DNA of 63,835 nucleotides, filler included, from Licmophora abbreviata (GCA_900291995.1; 14 parts of 14 records of this genome joined end to end with filler, not necessarily neighbours in it), one strand, 5' to 3'; positions 52,765-63,597 are shown, counted from the first letter of the whole stretch. Program-made: numbers and translations. The notes: generated from the sequence alone by a model not told the origin.

Positions 52765-53229
52765 ATGGACCGATTCGATTCCCGTATTCTTGAAATAATT
52801 CAGAAAAACTCCCGTCTCACGGCCGAGGCCATGTCTGAGGAAGTTGGCCTGTCGCCTGACGCGTGCCGCAAGCGTTTGGCCCGGTTGCGCGCATCTGGCG
52901 TGATCGATGCTGAAATCGCCCTCCTCGACCCCACTCGGATCGGACGGGGCTTGCTGCTGATCGTCGAAGTCTCCCTGCAGCGTGAGCGCAAAGCCGATCT
53001 GGAATACTTCAAGGCGCGCATGCGCGACGCCCCCGAAGTCATGCAGTGCTATTACGTCACCGGAGACGCGGATTTCATTCTCCTGGTCTCGGCCCGTGAT
53101 ATGGCTGATTTCGAAAACTTTACGTCGGAATATTTTTTCGAAGAAGAAAACATCCTTCGGTTTCGCACCAGTGCCGTGATGAACCGTGTCAAAACCGGCT
53201 TTTCGATGCCGGTTGAACCAAGACCCTGA
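52765..53229 (+). CDS. Lrp/AsnC-family regulator
   Basis: MDRFDSRILEIIQKNSR..VGLSPDACRKRLARL; CYYVTGDADF. Confidence 0.93.
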   Translation: MDRFDSRILEIIQKNSRLTAEAMSEEVGLSPDACRKRLARLRASGVIDAEIALLDPTRIGRGLLLIVEVSLQRERKADLEYFKARMRDAPEVMQCYYVTGDADFILLVSARDMADFENFTSEYFFEEENILRFRTSAVMNRVKTGFSMPVEPRP

Positions 53230-53239
53230 CGGGCGTTGT

Positions 53240-53341
53240 GGCTTGCGTAAACACTTGTGGCAGCACAGCATGCAGGATCACCTGTATGCGCGTTGCCCCC
53301 GAGGCTTCGGTCGCCTCGATATGGGCCCGATCCGCATTCCG
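53240..53341 (-). pseudogene. Fragment of a phosphite/phosphonate ABC permease (PtxC/PhnE-like)
   Basis: Manual translation RNADRAHIEATEASGATRIQVILHAVLPQVFTQA = EAA-loop region; no recognisable permease N- or C-terminal part. Confidence 0.6.
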
Positions 53342-53505
53342 GGGGGTGAGTCCCGGCGCAACACCCGTTTTCTCCCCTGACTCACGCTAGAAAACCGCGT
53401 CACACCCGCAAGAAATTCGGCCACCCCGCCATTAATATCCGGCGCGCTCAGACGGATTCCCGACATTTTCCCGACATCGAGTTGCGTCCTGCGCCCTATG
53501 GCGTC

Positions 53506-53673
53506 TCATCGCTCTTTCGATAGTGACGACACCGCGTCCGCGAAGTCGCTCTTGAGGATCTCCAAACCCAGTGACGACAGCCCGGCAACGCCGATCGCAA
53601 TCGCAACGGCCATCGTCATTACCATCATATAGTCTTGCAGCCATCGCATCCCTAAGCCCTTCCACAGCGTCAT
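53506..53673 (-). CDS. 55-aa single-TM pilin-like peptide (not in ORF track)
   Basis: MTLWKGLGMRWLQDYMMVMTMAVAIAIGVAGLSSLGLEILKSDFADAVSSLSKER*; AGGA upstream. Confidence 0.55.
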   Translation of the reverse strand: MTLWKGLGMRWLQDYMMVMTMAVAIAIGVAGLSSLGLEILKSDFADAVSSLSKER

Positions 53674-53932
53674 ATGTCATGTCCTGAAAGCAGCTATATC
53701 GCCCCATGCGCAGCTTGGGATCAGACGATGGTCCATGACTTTTCGGGACATGGCTATCGGAGGATAAATGGCGAAATCCGGGACTCGGAAACTTCATTTG
53801 CGCCAAATTTTTTCCCATATCTTTGGGCTTTGTAAGCCTCAGACCTGAGCCGCCCGGCGCCGAACGACACGGTCCGAACGGTCTTCAGGTGCCTCGACGT
53901 ACAAGACTTAAAATCAGATCCAGGAGACAGAA

Positions 53933-54157
53933 ATGATCAAGTTTTTCAAAAAGTTCCGCTCGGAAGAAGATGGCGCAGTCACGGTGGACTGGGTGGTGCT
54001 GACCGCGTCAGTCGTCGGCCTTGCCGTGGGCGGTGTCGCTGTAATCAAGGGCGGTGTTGACGGTCTGGCCGGCAATATCGGAACCGAACTCAGCTCGGCA
54101 ACCGTCATTGGCCTGGGTGAACTGGGACAGGACACACAAGCGACATCGGCCGAGTAA
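53933..54157 (+). CDS. flp: Flp/type IVb (Tad) pilin
   Basis: FRSEEDG|AVTVDWVVL prepilin leader plus hydrophobic helix; AGGAG RBS. Confidence 0.88.
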   Translation: MIKFFKKFRSEEDGAVTVDWVVLTASVVGLAVGGVAVIKGGVDGLAGNIGTELSSATVIGLGELGQDTQATSAE

Positions 54158-54269
54158 TCCTGTCCCGCAACCAAAGAGCGGCGGGCTGGACGCCTCCTTG
54201 TCCTGCCTGCCGCCCGCGCCCGTCCCGGACCATCGGCGCAAGGGCGACAGCCCGCTGACCGGCTCAGGT

Positions 54270-54375
54270 CGTGCTCAACGGCCCCACCCGGCCCCGACAC
54301 CTTGCCGTGTGTCTCGCGCAGGCAGGCGATCAGGTTGTCGCGCATCATGCGATCCATCTCGGCCTCGGCGCGGAT
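54270..54375 (-). pseudogene. C-terminal fragment of a sigma54-activator (Fis-HTH region)
   Basis: IRAEAEMDRMMRDNLIACLRETHGKVSGPGGA, after which similarity is lost. Confidence 0.6.
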
Positions 54376-54377
54376 CG

Positions 54378-54731
54378 CTATTGTAAAATAGCTCTGCGGA
54401 TCGCCTTGATCCAGCCCAGCTCGTTCTCGGTCACAGGCTCACCGAATATCTCGATCACCGCTGCCGCCGCAGTCAGCCCGACTGCCTGCTCCAGAGCGAG
54501 GCGCATCAGATAGGCCGGGTCGCACTCGAGGGCGCGCGCCATGGACGGCACGCGATCAAGTGCAAGCTTGCTGGAGCCACTCTTGATCATGCTGACCATG
54601 TTTGCGTTCGGGTATCCGGCCTCAGAGGCGATCTCAGCCTGTATTTTCTTCGATTTCAACTCCAACACCCGGCGTTCGACATATTTGGCCAGTTCAGTAT
54701 CCTGATACGGTTTCTTGCTCGTATCGCTCAT
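54378..54731 (-). CDS. XRE-like HTH regulator of mobile-element type, possibly C-terminally truncated
   Basis: QAEIASEAGYPNANMVSMIKSGSSKLALDRVPSMARALECDP. Confidence 0.75.
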   Translation of the reverse strand: MSDTSKKPYQDTELAKYVERRVLELKSKKIQAEIASEAGYPNANMVSMIKSGSSKLALDRVPSMARALECDPAYLMRLALEQAVGLTAAAAVIEIFGEPVTENELGWIKAIRRAILQ

Positions 54732-54925
54732 CTCCCATCTATGACGCAGCACGCGCTGCTTACTTTATTTATAGAAAACAGGTGCTTGGGGAGAGTTCGG
54801 GAAAGTGGAATATATCTGCATTTCCACACTGCGGTTCGCGGGACAGACGCCATACCAGCCCTTGACGGGCACTGCTCCATCGTCACAAGCTCTCATACAG
54901 GTTCAATCAGCGTCGCGGGGTCGAG

Positions 54926-55833
54926 GTGGCATTCAAGTTCGTTCACACGGCGGATATTCACCTAGACTCCCCACTGAAATCCCTTGTCCTTCGCGACGCA
55001 GGGCTGGCCGATCTTGTCGGAAACGCCACCCGGGCCACCTTCAGCCGGATCGTCGATCTATGCCTGTCCGAAGAGGTTCAGGCCTTGCTTATTGCCGGCG
55101 ACCTTTACGATAGCGGCCAGACCTCGATGAAGACGGCGCGTTTCCTCGCTCAGGAGATGGAGCGGCTGGCGGCGGCGGGCATCCCGGCATTCGTGATCCG
55201 AGGCNNNNNNNNNNNNNNNNNNNNNNNNNNNNNNNNNNNNNNNNNNNNTTAATTAATTAANNNNNNNNNNNNNNNNNNNNNNNNNNNNNNNNNNNNNNNN
55301 NNNNCGACCTCGCGGAGCACCCTCTTGCGGTGGCACAGTTCGAGCGGCTCCAGGTGGAGTGCGACCAACTTACCGACTGGCCCGACCTAGTAGAGGCTTT
55401 GAAGCAGGCCATTCGCGCGGCCCGGCGCGACCATGGGGGCGAACACCTTATCGTCCGGCCTATGCTGACCGGGGCGACACCGCTGGCTTGGAGGGCCGGC
55501 CGCGACGTCGACGTGCTGCACGCCGAGGCACAGGCCGTCGCGGAACAGATCGGCACGCTCTGGATCGACAAGATCGAGGTCGCACTGGACACCGGCGCGA
55601 CCGCCTCTCAGGGCGGGGCCGTGGGGGAACTGGCCCGCATCATCGAACAGGCTGGCATGCCCCCCGATGCTCCGGCTGTGCAGGCCGAGGTGGATCACCT
55701 GCTGAAACATCTCCCGCGTGAGCTGCGCGGACTTCTGGGCGATACCGAGGACCAGACCGCCGCCGCCATCACCGAGGCGATGCGACAAGGCGCGATGGAG
55801 GTGCTCGCGCGCCTCGAGGATAACGAGGGCTGA
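54926..55833 (+). CDS. YhaO-family Mre11/SbcD-like metallophosphoesterase nuclease (split by gap 55205-55304)
   Basis: FVHTADIHLDSP, IAGDLYD, VIRG(N) motifs. Confidence 0.88.
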
Positions 55834-55836
55834 GCG

Positions 55837-58800
55837 ATGCGACTGAACCGGCTTGACCTCACCCGCTACGGCAAGTTCACCGATGTGAGCCTCGCCTTTC
55901 CACCCCCCGCCACCGACGGCGCCGACCTGCATGTGATCTATGGCCCCAACGAGGCAGGGAAATCCACTCTGCTCGAAGGCTGGCTGGATTTCCTGTTTCA
56001 GATCCCGGTGCAAAGCCGGATGGCGTTCCTTCATTCCTACCAGACCATGCAACTGGGGGCTGCGCTCGAAATCTACGGGCGGACGCATGACCTCGTCCGG
56101 GTCAAGAAACGCGACGCCTCGCTGCTCGACAAAAGCGGCGCGCCGGTGGGCGAGGCACTGCTGCACGGAGGGCTGCGCGGGCTTGATCGCTCGTCCTACG
56201 CGGCGATGTTCTCGCTCAACCGGCAGACGCTGGATGAGGGCGGCGAAAGCATCCTGGCCAGCAAGGGCGACCTCGGCGAACTCCTCTTTCAAGCAAGCGC
56301 CGGCCTGACCGACCTCGCCGCGCAACTCGACGACGTGCGCACCGAGTCCGAGACGTTTCTGAACAAGACCGGGCGCAAAGGCGCCCTGCGCGAGCTTGGT
56401 GCAGCATTCGACGACTTGGGCAGGCAGATCAAGGAGCTGGACACCGCCGCCGCCGAATACGCCCGCCTGTCGGCGGATCGCGACAGCGCGCGGGACGCGT
56501 GGCAAGATGCGCGACAGGCAGTCGAGACCGCGCAAGCCGGGGTGATCGAGACCGAGCGTCTGAGCTCCGCCATCCCGCTCCTGCCGAGGCTGGAACGCCT
56601 CGATGCGCAGATTGCCGAGTATGGCGCATTGCCTGACCCGCCCGAGGGATGGCTCGCCGAGCTTCCCGAACTGGACCGCACCGAGGCCGCCTTGACCACT
56701 CGGCTGGAGACCGCGAAAGCGACCGTCGCAGGGCTTGACGCAGAATTACGCGACTGCGTGCCGGATCGGCCTGTTCTAGAGCTGCGCGAAAGCATCGCCG
56801 AGGTCGAGACCCTGAAATCCGCGTATGACGAGGCGATCAAGGACTTGCCCAAGCGCAACGGTGATCTCGCCTTGAGAACCGAGGCGATGCAGCAAAGTCT
56901 TTCGCGTCTCGGGCAGACCGGGGTGGATCCTGTCTCCCTCCTGCCAGACGCACGCACTCTGGGCCGCATTCGCGACCTGATCGAGCGGCATTCGGGACTG
57001 GAAACAGCGCGTGACACCGCTCAGAAGGAACTGGAAGACGCCCGCGCGGCTCTGCTCCGCTCCGCACAGCGCCTACAAGAGGCGGGCGGCNNNNNNNNNN
57101 NNNNNNNNNNNNNNNNNNNNNNNNNNNNNNNNNNTTAATTAATTAANNNNNNNNNNNNNNNNNNNNNNNNNNNNNNNNNNNNNNNNNNNNCGAAACGCGA
57201 TGCCATCGGGTCCACACCCGTGGTGACCATCGAAGAGGCCGCGCAAATCAGGTCGCGGCGCGAAACCGAGTGGTCGCGTCACCGTGCCGCCCTGACCGAG
57301 GAAACCGCTGACCGCTTCGAAGAGGCCCTGCGCCTCGACGATCAGGTGACCGCCACGCTCGCGCAACACCGCGCTCAGGCCGAAAAGGCGGCCGCTACCG
57401 ACCGCGAACTGGCCGAGGCCGAAGGCCAGGTCGCAATGGCACAAGAGCAGTCGGAACATGCGAATTCCCGGCAGGACGCGCTCGCACTGGAACTCGGCGC
57501 GACCGTGGCCGCCATCTCCGGCGCGTTTTCCGCCGACATGGACATGCCAGCCCTGCGGGCCTGGCTGGATCGGCTGGACGCGGCACAAAAAGCGGCGGAC
57601 ATCCACGAGCGCGCCCTGCGCGAACAGGCCCGTCAAGAACACCGCGTCTCACGGGCAAGGGCCGACCTTCTGGGCGCGCTGACCCGTATGGGCTGCGAGA
57701 TGCCTGATGATACCGGCCTCGCCCCCGCGCTCGAAGCCGCACAATCGCTCCTGGATCGCGCAACCCAGATCGAGGCCCTGCAACAGACCGTCGCCCAGTC
57801 ACAGCAAGACCTCACCCGGCGCGAAGCCGCGCTGCAATCCGCCATCGACGCTCTGGCCGGCTGGAACACCTCGTGGGAGGCCAGCTGCGCCGAAACCTGG
57901 ATGGCGGGCACATCCCTCAGCGTGGCCGAAATGCGCGCAATCCTGGAAGAGCTCAACAGACTGCGCGACCACCACCGCGATGTCGCAGATCTGGCCCACC
58001 GCGTGCAGACCATGCAGGCCAATATCGACCGCTTCGAAGAGGCCGTCGCGGCACTGGCGGACCAGCTCGGGGTAGCGGTCGACGATCCGGTTTCGGACCG
58101 CTGGCGCAACCTCACCACACGCCTGAGCACAGCCAAACGCGAAGAGTCGCAGCGCGCCGACATCGAGAAGCGCCTGATGACAGCTCGCCAGAGCCTGGGC
58201 GAGATCGAAGAACAGGCAAGGCTCCACCACGGACGCACCGATGAATTCGTCCGCCATTTTGCTGCCGCCAACTGGGCAGAGGCGCGCGATGCGCTGACAA
58301 GCGCTGGAGAAGTGGCGAGATTACGCGCGGCACGGCACGACCTGGCCGAAGACCTCTGCACCCGGATGCGCAGCAGCACGGTCGAAGAGGCGCGCACGCG
58401 TCTCGACGGGGTAGACGCCGATGCGCTCGCCGCGCGCGCGGAAAGCCTGCGAAATGATCTGGAAAGGCTGCGCGCCACGCAGGAAGACGCACAGGACAAG
58501 TTCCGCAAGGCCACCGAGGCTGTGGACGCCGTAGGCGGTGACGGTGCCGTGGCGCGGCTGGACGAGCAGCGCCAGACCCTGCTGCTTGAAATGGAAGAAG
58601 GCGCCCGGCGTCACCTGCGGCAACGCCTCGGCATCCTCGCAGTAGACGCGGCCCTAGGACGCTATCGCGATACGCACCGCAGCGGCATGCTCGATCAGGC
58701 CTCGGAGGCATTCCGCATCATGTCGCGAAACCGCTATTCTGGCCTGGCCGCACAGCCCGACGGCGCAAGCGAGATCCTCGTTGCGCTGGCGACCGACGGC

Positions 58801-59085
58801 GGCTCCAAACACGCGGACCAGCTTTCAGAGGGCGCAAGAGCCCAGCTCTACCTCGCTCTACGCATCGCCGGATATCACGAGTTCGTCCGCAACAGCGGCC
58901 CCGTGCCGTTCATCGCAGACGACATCATGGAAAGTTTCGACGATCACCGCGCCGCCGAGGCTTTTGGTCTCTTGGCAAAGATGAGCAAGCGTGGCCAGGT
59001 GATCTACCTGACCCACCACGCCCATCTCCGCGATATGGCGAGAAACGTTTGTCCTGATGTTCACATCCATGAATTGCCGGAATGA
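55837..59085 (+). CDS. YhaN-family SbcC/Rad50-like ATPase (AAA_27) (split by gap 57091-57190)
   Basis: YGPNEAGKS Walker A, long coiled coil, LSEGARAQLYLALR signature, PFIADDIMESFDD, YLTHH. Confidence 0.9.
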
Positions 59086-59160
59086 AACCCGAAGCGCCAA
59101 TTTGTGAAGCCTCATTTCAGTTCTGACTGGCACCACCGATCAGTCAGGTCGAAAAGAAGC

Positions 59161-59310
59161 TGCTCTGCGCTCAGACCTGCGACCGCCGGTGGCTGAATCT
59201 TTCCGACTGTCTCACGATGACGGGCTGGTGGCGCCATCGGAATACAGGCATTTCGATAGGCACGTTGTATCCGATCGCGCTGCGGGGTCTGATCTCGTTG
59301 TCGTGCCTAC
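59161..59310 (-). mobile_element. Degenerate IS3-family right end with transposase tail
   Basis: RHDNEIRPRSAIGYNVP (decayed YNxxRPHSAIG), shifted DGATSPSS*, terminus reading TGCTCTGC... on the + strand. Confidence 0.65.
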
Positions 59311-59369
59311 ACCCACATACTGAGGCACCCAATAGCATCATTCTGCTGGCGATAGTAAGCTTCCCCATA

Positions 59370-60281
59370 TCATGCACGAACGTCCTTGAAGACATCCGAG
59401 ACGACTTGACGGAGCCATTTCTGACCCGGTTCGCGCTCCGTTCTGAGATCCCAGCAGAGGTCGAACGAGAACACGACCTCTTGCAACGGCAACGGCGCGG
59501 CTTGCAGGTTGTTCAGCCGGGGATCCAGCGAGAATAGCCGCCGGGGCGCAATGGCGATCAGGTCGGAATTGGCGACGATATCGGGGATCTCAAACCAGCT
59601 TGCGACCGTCATCGCCATATGACGCTTCAGCTCCCTTGCGGCCAGCGCATCGTCGATCACCGTTGTGCCCGTGGCCGATTGCGACAGTTTCACATGGGGC
59701 AGTTCGGCATAAAGCTCGGCGGTCATCGGCTCACCAGCGCGCGGATGGTCGCGGCGCATCAAAACGACGATTTCATCGGCAAGCAAACGCTGCGATCTGA
59801 CCATCTCGGGCTGAAGCCGCCCCGGTGTCAGACGCACCTGCATGTCGACGCGGTCCCAGACGCTTTCGGGCGTAATGGAAAACGGCAGGATGTCGATGGA
59901 GACACCCGGCGCTTCAACTTGCAGCCTTTCTGCCAGACGCGGCAATAAAAACCCCGAGACATAATCGGCGACCTGCATTGTAAAGACCCGCTCGGCGTCG
60001 GCCGGGACGAACTGATGTTGCAGGGAAATCGCGGTTGAGATGAAACCCAGCCCACGCTCGATATCCGAATTCAGCTCGCGGGCGCGCTCGGTCGGGCGGA
60101 CCCCGTCGGCGGTCCGAAAGAACAGCTCGTCGTTGAGCATGACGCGCAACCTTGCAAGGGCATGGCTCACGGCAGACGGAGACAGCCCGATCTCTTCCGC
60201 CGCCCCCGCGATCGAGCCACGGTTCATGATGGCGCGGAAAATCACCAGCAGGTTCAGATCGAAATTTCGCAGGTTCACCAT
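59370..60281 (-). CDS. LysR-family regulator (NodD/NahR-like)
   Basis: FDLNLL..SPSAVSHALARLR..PTERA. Confidence 0.93.
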   Translation of the reverse strand: MVNLRNFDLNLLVIFRAIMNRGSIAGAAEEIGLSPSAVSHALARLRVMLNDELFFRTADGVRPTERARELNSDIERGLGFISTAISLQHQFVPADAERVFTMQVADYVSGFLLPRLAERLQVEAPGVSIDILPFSITPESVWDRVDMQVRLTPGRLQPEMVRSQRLLADEIVVLMRRDHPRAGEPMTAELYAELPHVKLSQSATGTTVIDDALAARELKRHMAMTVASWFEIPDIVANSDLIAIAPRRLFSLDPRLNNLQAAPLPLQEVVFSFDLCWDLRTEREPGQKWLRQVVSDVFKDVRA

Positions 60282-60285
60282 GACG

Positions 60286-61054
60286 TCACCTTAGCAGATC
60301 TACGAGCGACAGTGTCACCTGAGGCACGAAGGCCACCAGCAGCAGCACCGCGATCATCACCCCCAGCATCGGCATCAATGGTCGGGCGATCTGACCGATC
60401 CTCAAGCCGCTGATCGCGGCCCCCACGAAAATCGTGTAGCCGAAGGGCGGCGTTGCCATGCCGATGGTGAAATTGATCGCCACCATCGCGCCGAACTGAA
60501 CCGGGTCCATGCCAAGCTGTTCCCCGATTGGCACAAGGAAAGACGCCAGAATGATCATCGCCGCAAGGTTGTCCATCACGCACCCGATGACGAGCAGCAG
60601 GACGTTGACCATCAGCAGATAAAGCACCGGCGTGTCGGAAAACCCGTCCAAGGCTTGTGTGACCTGACCGGGGATGCGCTCGAAGGCCATGACCCAACCA
60701 AAGCCATTCGCCAGCGCGATGATGAACATCACGATGGTCATGGTTTTCAACGATCCGCGCGTGACCGGGACGATGGTGTGCAGCGTCAATTCACGGTAAA
60801 CGCCGAAGCCCAGAACAAGGGCGAAGACAGCGGCGACGATGGCGGCCTCTGTCGGCGTCACGATGCCGCCATAGATGCCCCCCAGAACAAGGATCGGCCC
60901 GCACAACGCCCATTTCGCGTCGTTGAATGCGGACCAGACTTCGGCGCGGCTGGCTTTGGGTTGCGGTGCGATGTCGTGCTTGCGCGCGTGGTGCCAGCAC
61001 AGGACCATCAGGCCGAGCGCCAAAAGGATACCCGGCACGACGCCCGCAGAAACA
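60286..61054 (-). CDS. dctM: TRAP large permease DctM, C-terminal part
   Basis: GIVTPTEAA, GMDPVQFG, GMATPPFG. Confidence 0.9.
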
Positions 61055-61154
61055 NNNNNNNNNNNNNNNNNNNNNNNNNNNNNNNNNNNNNNNNNNNNTT
61101 AATTAATTAANNNNNNNNNNNNNNNNNNNNNNNNNNNNNNNNNNNNNNNNNNNN

Positions 61155-62840
61155 TTTGGCGCGCTTTGCACGCTGGCGGCGCTAATGTCGGTGGTCGCGC
61201 CGTCGCCGGGCGCGACGCAGAGCACCGGGCGACCGGCGGTCGAGGCCCTGCATGAGAGTGTTGAACCACGCTGTGAGGCCCAAGCCGGCGAGACCCGGTC
61301 GGTAGAGAAGCGGGTGGTATGCGACCGGCTTCTTCGGGTCGGCCTGCGTGGGGACTATCCGCGCTTCGCCGAGATCGGTCCGATTGGCCACAGCGGGTTC
61401 GAGGCCGATATCGCCCGCGAGATCGCGGCGCGACTGAACGTGGCACTGGAGGTCGTGGCGGTCACGCCGGTGAACCGGATCTCGAAGCTGGGCGAGGGAG
61501 AGGTCGATCTGGTCATCGCGACCATGGGGCATAACACGCAGCGCGATCCCACGGTTCATTTCCTGCGCCCGCATTATTTCCAGAGCGAGACGATCCTTCT
61601 GGGCGCGGCGGATCAGAACCCTCTGACTTGGGAGGATCTGGAGACCCGTCTGGTCTGCACGACAGTGGGGAATTATTCCAACGTGATCCTTGCGCCGGAT
61701 GTGGGGCGCCTGATGCTGTTCTCGCGGTCACAACAACTGATCGATGCGCTGCTGAACGAGATGTGCCCGTTGATCGCGCAGGATGACACGCTGCTGTTGC
61801 CGCTGATCTCGTCCGAGACCGAGCCGAGCCGGTTCGAGCGCAAGCTGGGCTTTGCGCCGGTGCCCTGGGGGATGGCGATGCCCTTGGGGATATCGGCCGA
61901 GATGGCGGCGGCGATGTCGGAGATTCTGAGGGAGATGCACCGCGACGGCAGCTTTCTGCGGCTTGCCCGCAAGCATGATGTGCCTGTGGCGTTCCTGACC
62001 GAGGAACAGGCGCGCTGGCAATCGGTGGCGTGCCGCGCCGCGCCAGAAACCTGCCTGTCGCCGCCGCTGAACGTGCAACTGGCGCGCAGTCCGGTGGCCG
62101 GTCTGGGGGCGACAATCGAGAGCGCGCTGAAAGCGCGTTTGGGAATTGAGGTGCGTCTGGGGTTCATGGAAAGCGATGTGGCGTGGCGCCTGTTTCTGGG
62201 CGGTTTGGGGACATCCATGCTGGCGGTGTGCCTTGCGCTGATGGCGACGGCGCTGGTCGGGCTGTCGATCGGCAAGATGCTGGTCAGCCCGGTCTGGCTG
62301 TTTCGGGCACTGGCGAAATCGGTTCTGACGCTCTTTCAGAATGCCCCGGTCATGCTTGTTCTGGTGGTGATGGGCACGCTGACCGTCTGGACGTTTTCGT
62401 ATTCCTACAGTTCGGCCATGCTGGCCGCCATTCTGGCGATCGCGGGAGCAAACGGCAGTTTTGCCGGTGCCGCCGTTGCCGAGGCGTACAGGATCACCGA
62501 GGCGCGCGAGGGCACATCAAGGTTCATGCGCGCGCTCAGCCTGTCATCGGCGCAGGTGGACAGTTACCTGATCAACTCGGTGCGCGGCATTTCGGCNNNN
62601 NNNNNNNNNNNNNNNNNNNNNNNNNNNNNNNNNNNNNNNNTTAATTAATTAANNNNNNNNNNNNNNNNNNNNNNNNNNNNNNNNNNNNNNNNNNNNAATG
62701 GCATCACCGCCTTTTCCGGGTCGCAAACGTTCTATTACTGGCTTCTGGTGCTGTTCTACATCGCCGCCGTCCTGTTTGCGGCACAGCTTACGCGGCGGGG
62801 TCTGTCCCGGATTCTCCCCTCGGAAGGAGCCGCCGCATGA
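61155..62840 (+). CDS. Fused polar-amino-acid SBP + permease (5' end in gap; split by gap 62597-62696)
   Basis: GFEADIAREIA, VDLVIATM, R..VHF..PHYF SBP_bac_3 domain, then TM region with FQNAP; tail NGITAFSG...SEGAAA* at 62697-62840. Confidence 0.8.
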
Positions 62841-63493
62841 TGCTGTTGGAGGCGGTCTCGCCGGATTTCCTTTTGGCATTCCTGCGCGGGTTTTCCCTGA
62901 ATCTGGGCGCATCAGTGCTGGCGCTGGCGATCGGTCTACCGCTGGCCTTGGTGACTGCTCTGGGAATAATGTCGCGGGTCGCGATAGTGGCACGCCTGTT
63001 CAGAACCTATAACCGACTGCTGCACGCACTGCCGGTCTTTGTCGTCCTGTTCTTCCTGTCGGGCCTGTTGCCAAACGGGGGCGCGCGGCTTGGCCCGCTG
63101 GCCGAGATGCGGCCGCTGGTGCTGCTTGTGTTGGGCAATATCCCTTATGTGGCGGCCTATGGCGCCGATCAGTTCGTCGCGATGTTCCGACATCTGCGGC
63201 AAGGCGACAGGCGCGCGGCGCTGCTGGTCATTCCCAGTTTCGGCCGGGCCTTGCAGATGGTGATCTCGTCATCCTGTCTGGGGGCGGCGATCGGTGTGCC
63301 CGAGGCGATGTCGGTGGTGATCTTCACCGCCGAGCAGATGGCGGATGAGGCTGCGCAGCTGATGTTCTTCGTGGTGGTGGGCCTTCTGTTCGTGGTGGCG
63401 CAGCGGATCTGCGTCACGCCCTTTGTCATCCTGCACAACGTTGCCGACCGGCGCGCCCTGTCGGCACAAGTGGCCGCGGACGCCACCCGATGA
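62837..63493 (+). CDS. Divergent amino-acid ABC permease
   Basis: ALPVFVVLFF and SSCLGAAIGVPE; ATGA overlap with the upstream gene. Confidence 0.78.
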   Translation: MMLLEAVSPDFLLAFLRGFSLNLGASVLALAIGLPLALVTALGIMSRVAIVARLFRTYNRLLHALPVFVVLFFLSGLLPNGGARLGPLAEMRPLVLLVLGNIPYVAAYGADQFVAMFRHLRQGDRRAALLVIPSFGRALQMVISSSCLGAAIGVPEAMSVVIFTAEQMADEAAQLMFFVVVGLLFVVAQRICVTPFVILHNVADRRALSAQVAADATR

Positions 63494-63597
63494 TCCGGCT
63501 CACGGGCGTATGGCTGACACTGCCCGCCGGTAGAGCTGGTGTTGCACACTGAACCGACGGTGATCGGCCAGCCGATCATGTGTCTCCAGAGGCCGGC

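Noticed and set aside
53237..53390. Cys-rich plus-strand peptide (VACVNTCGSTACRITC) as a RiPP precursor
   Set aside because: Better explained as the antisense of the permease fragment; no modifying enzymes nearby
4561..62696. Recurrent TTAATTAATTAA flanked by N runs as a repeat family or CRISPR
   Set aside because: Artificial scaffold linker with stops in all frames; real genes continue across it
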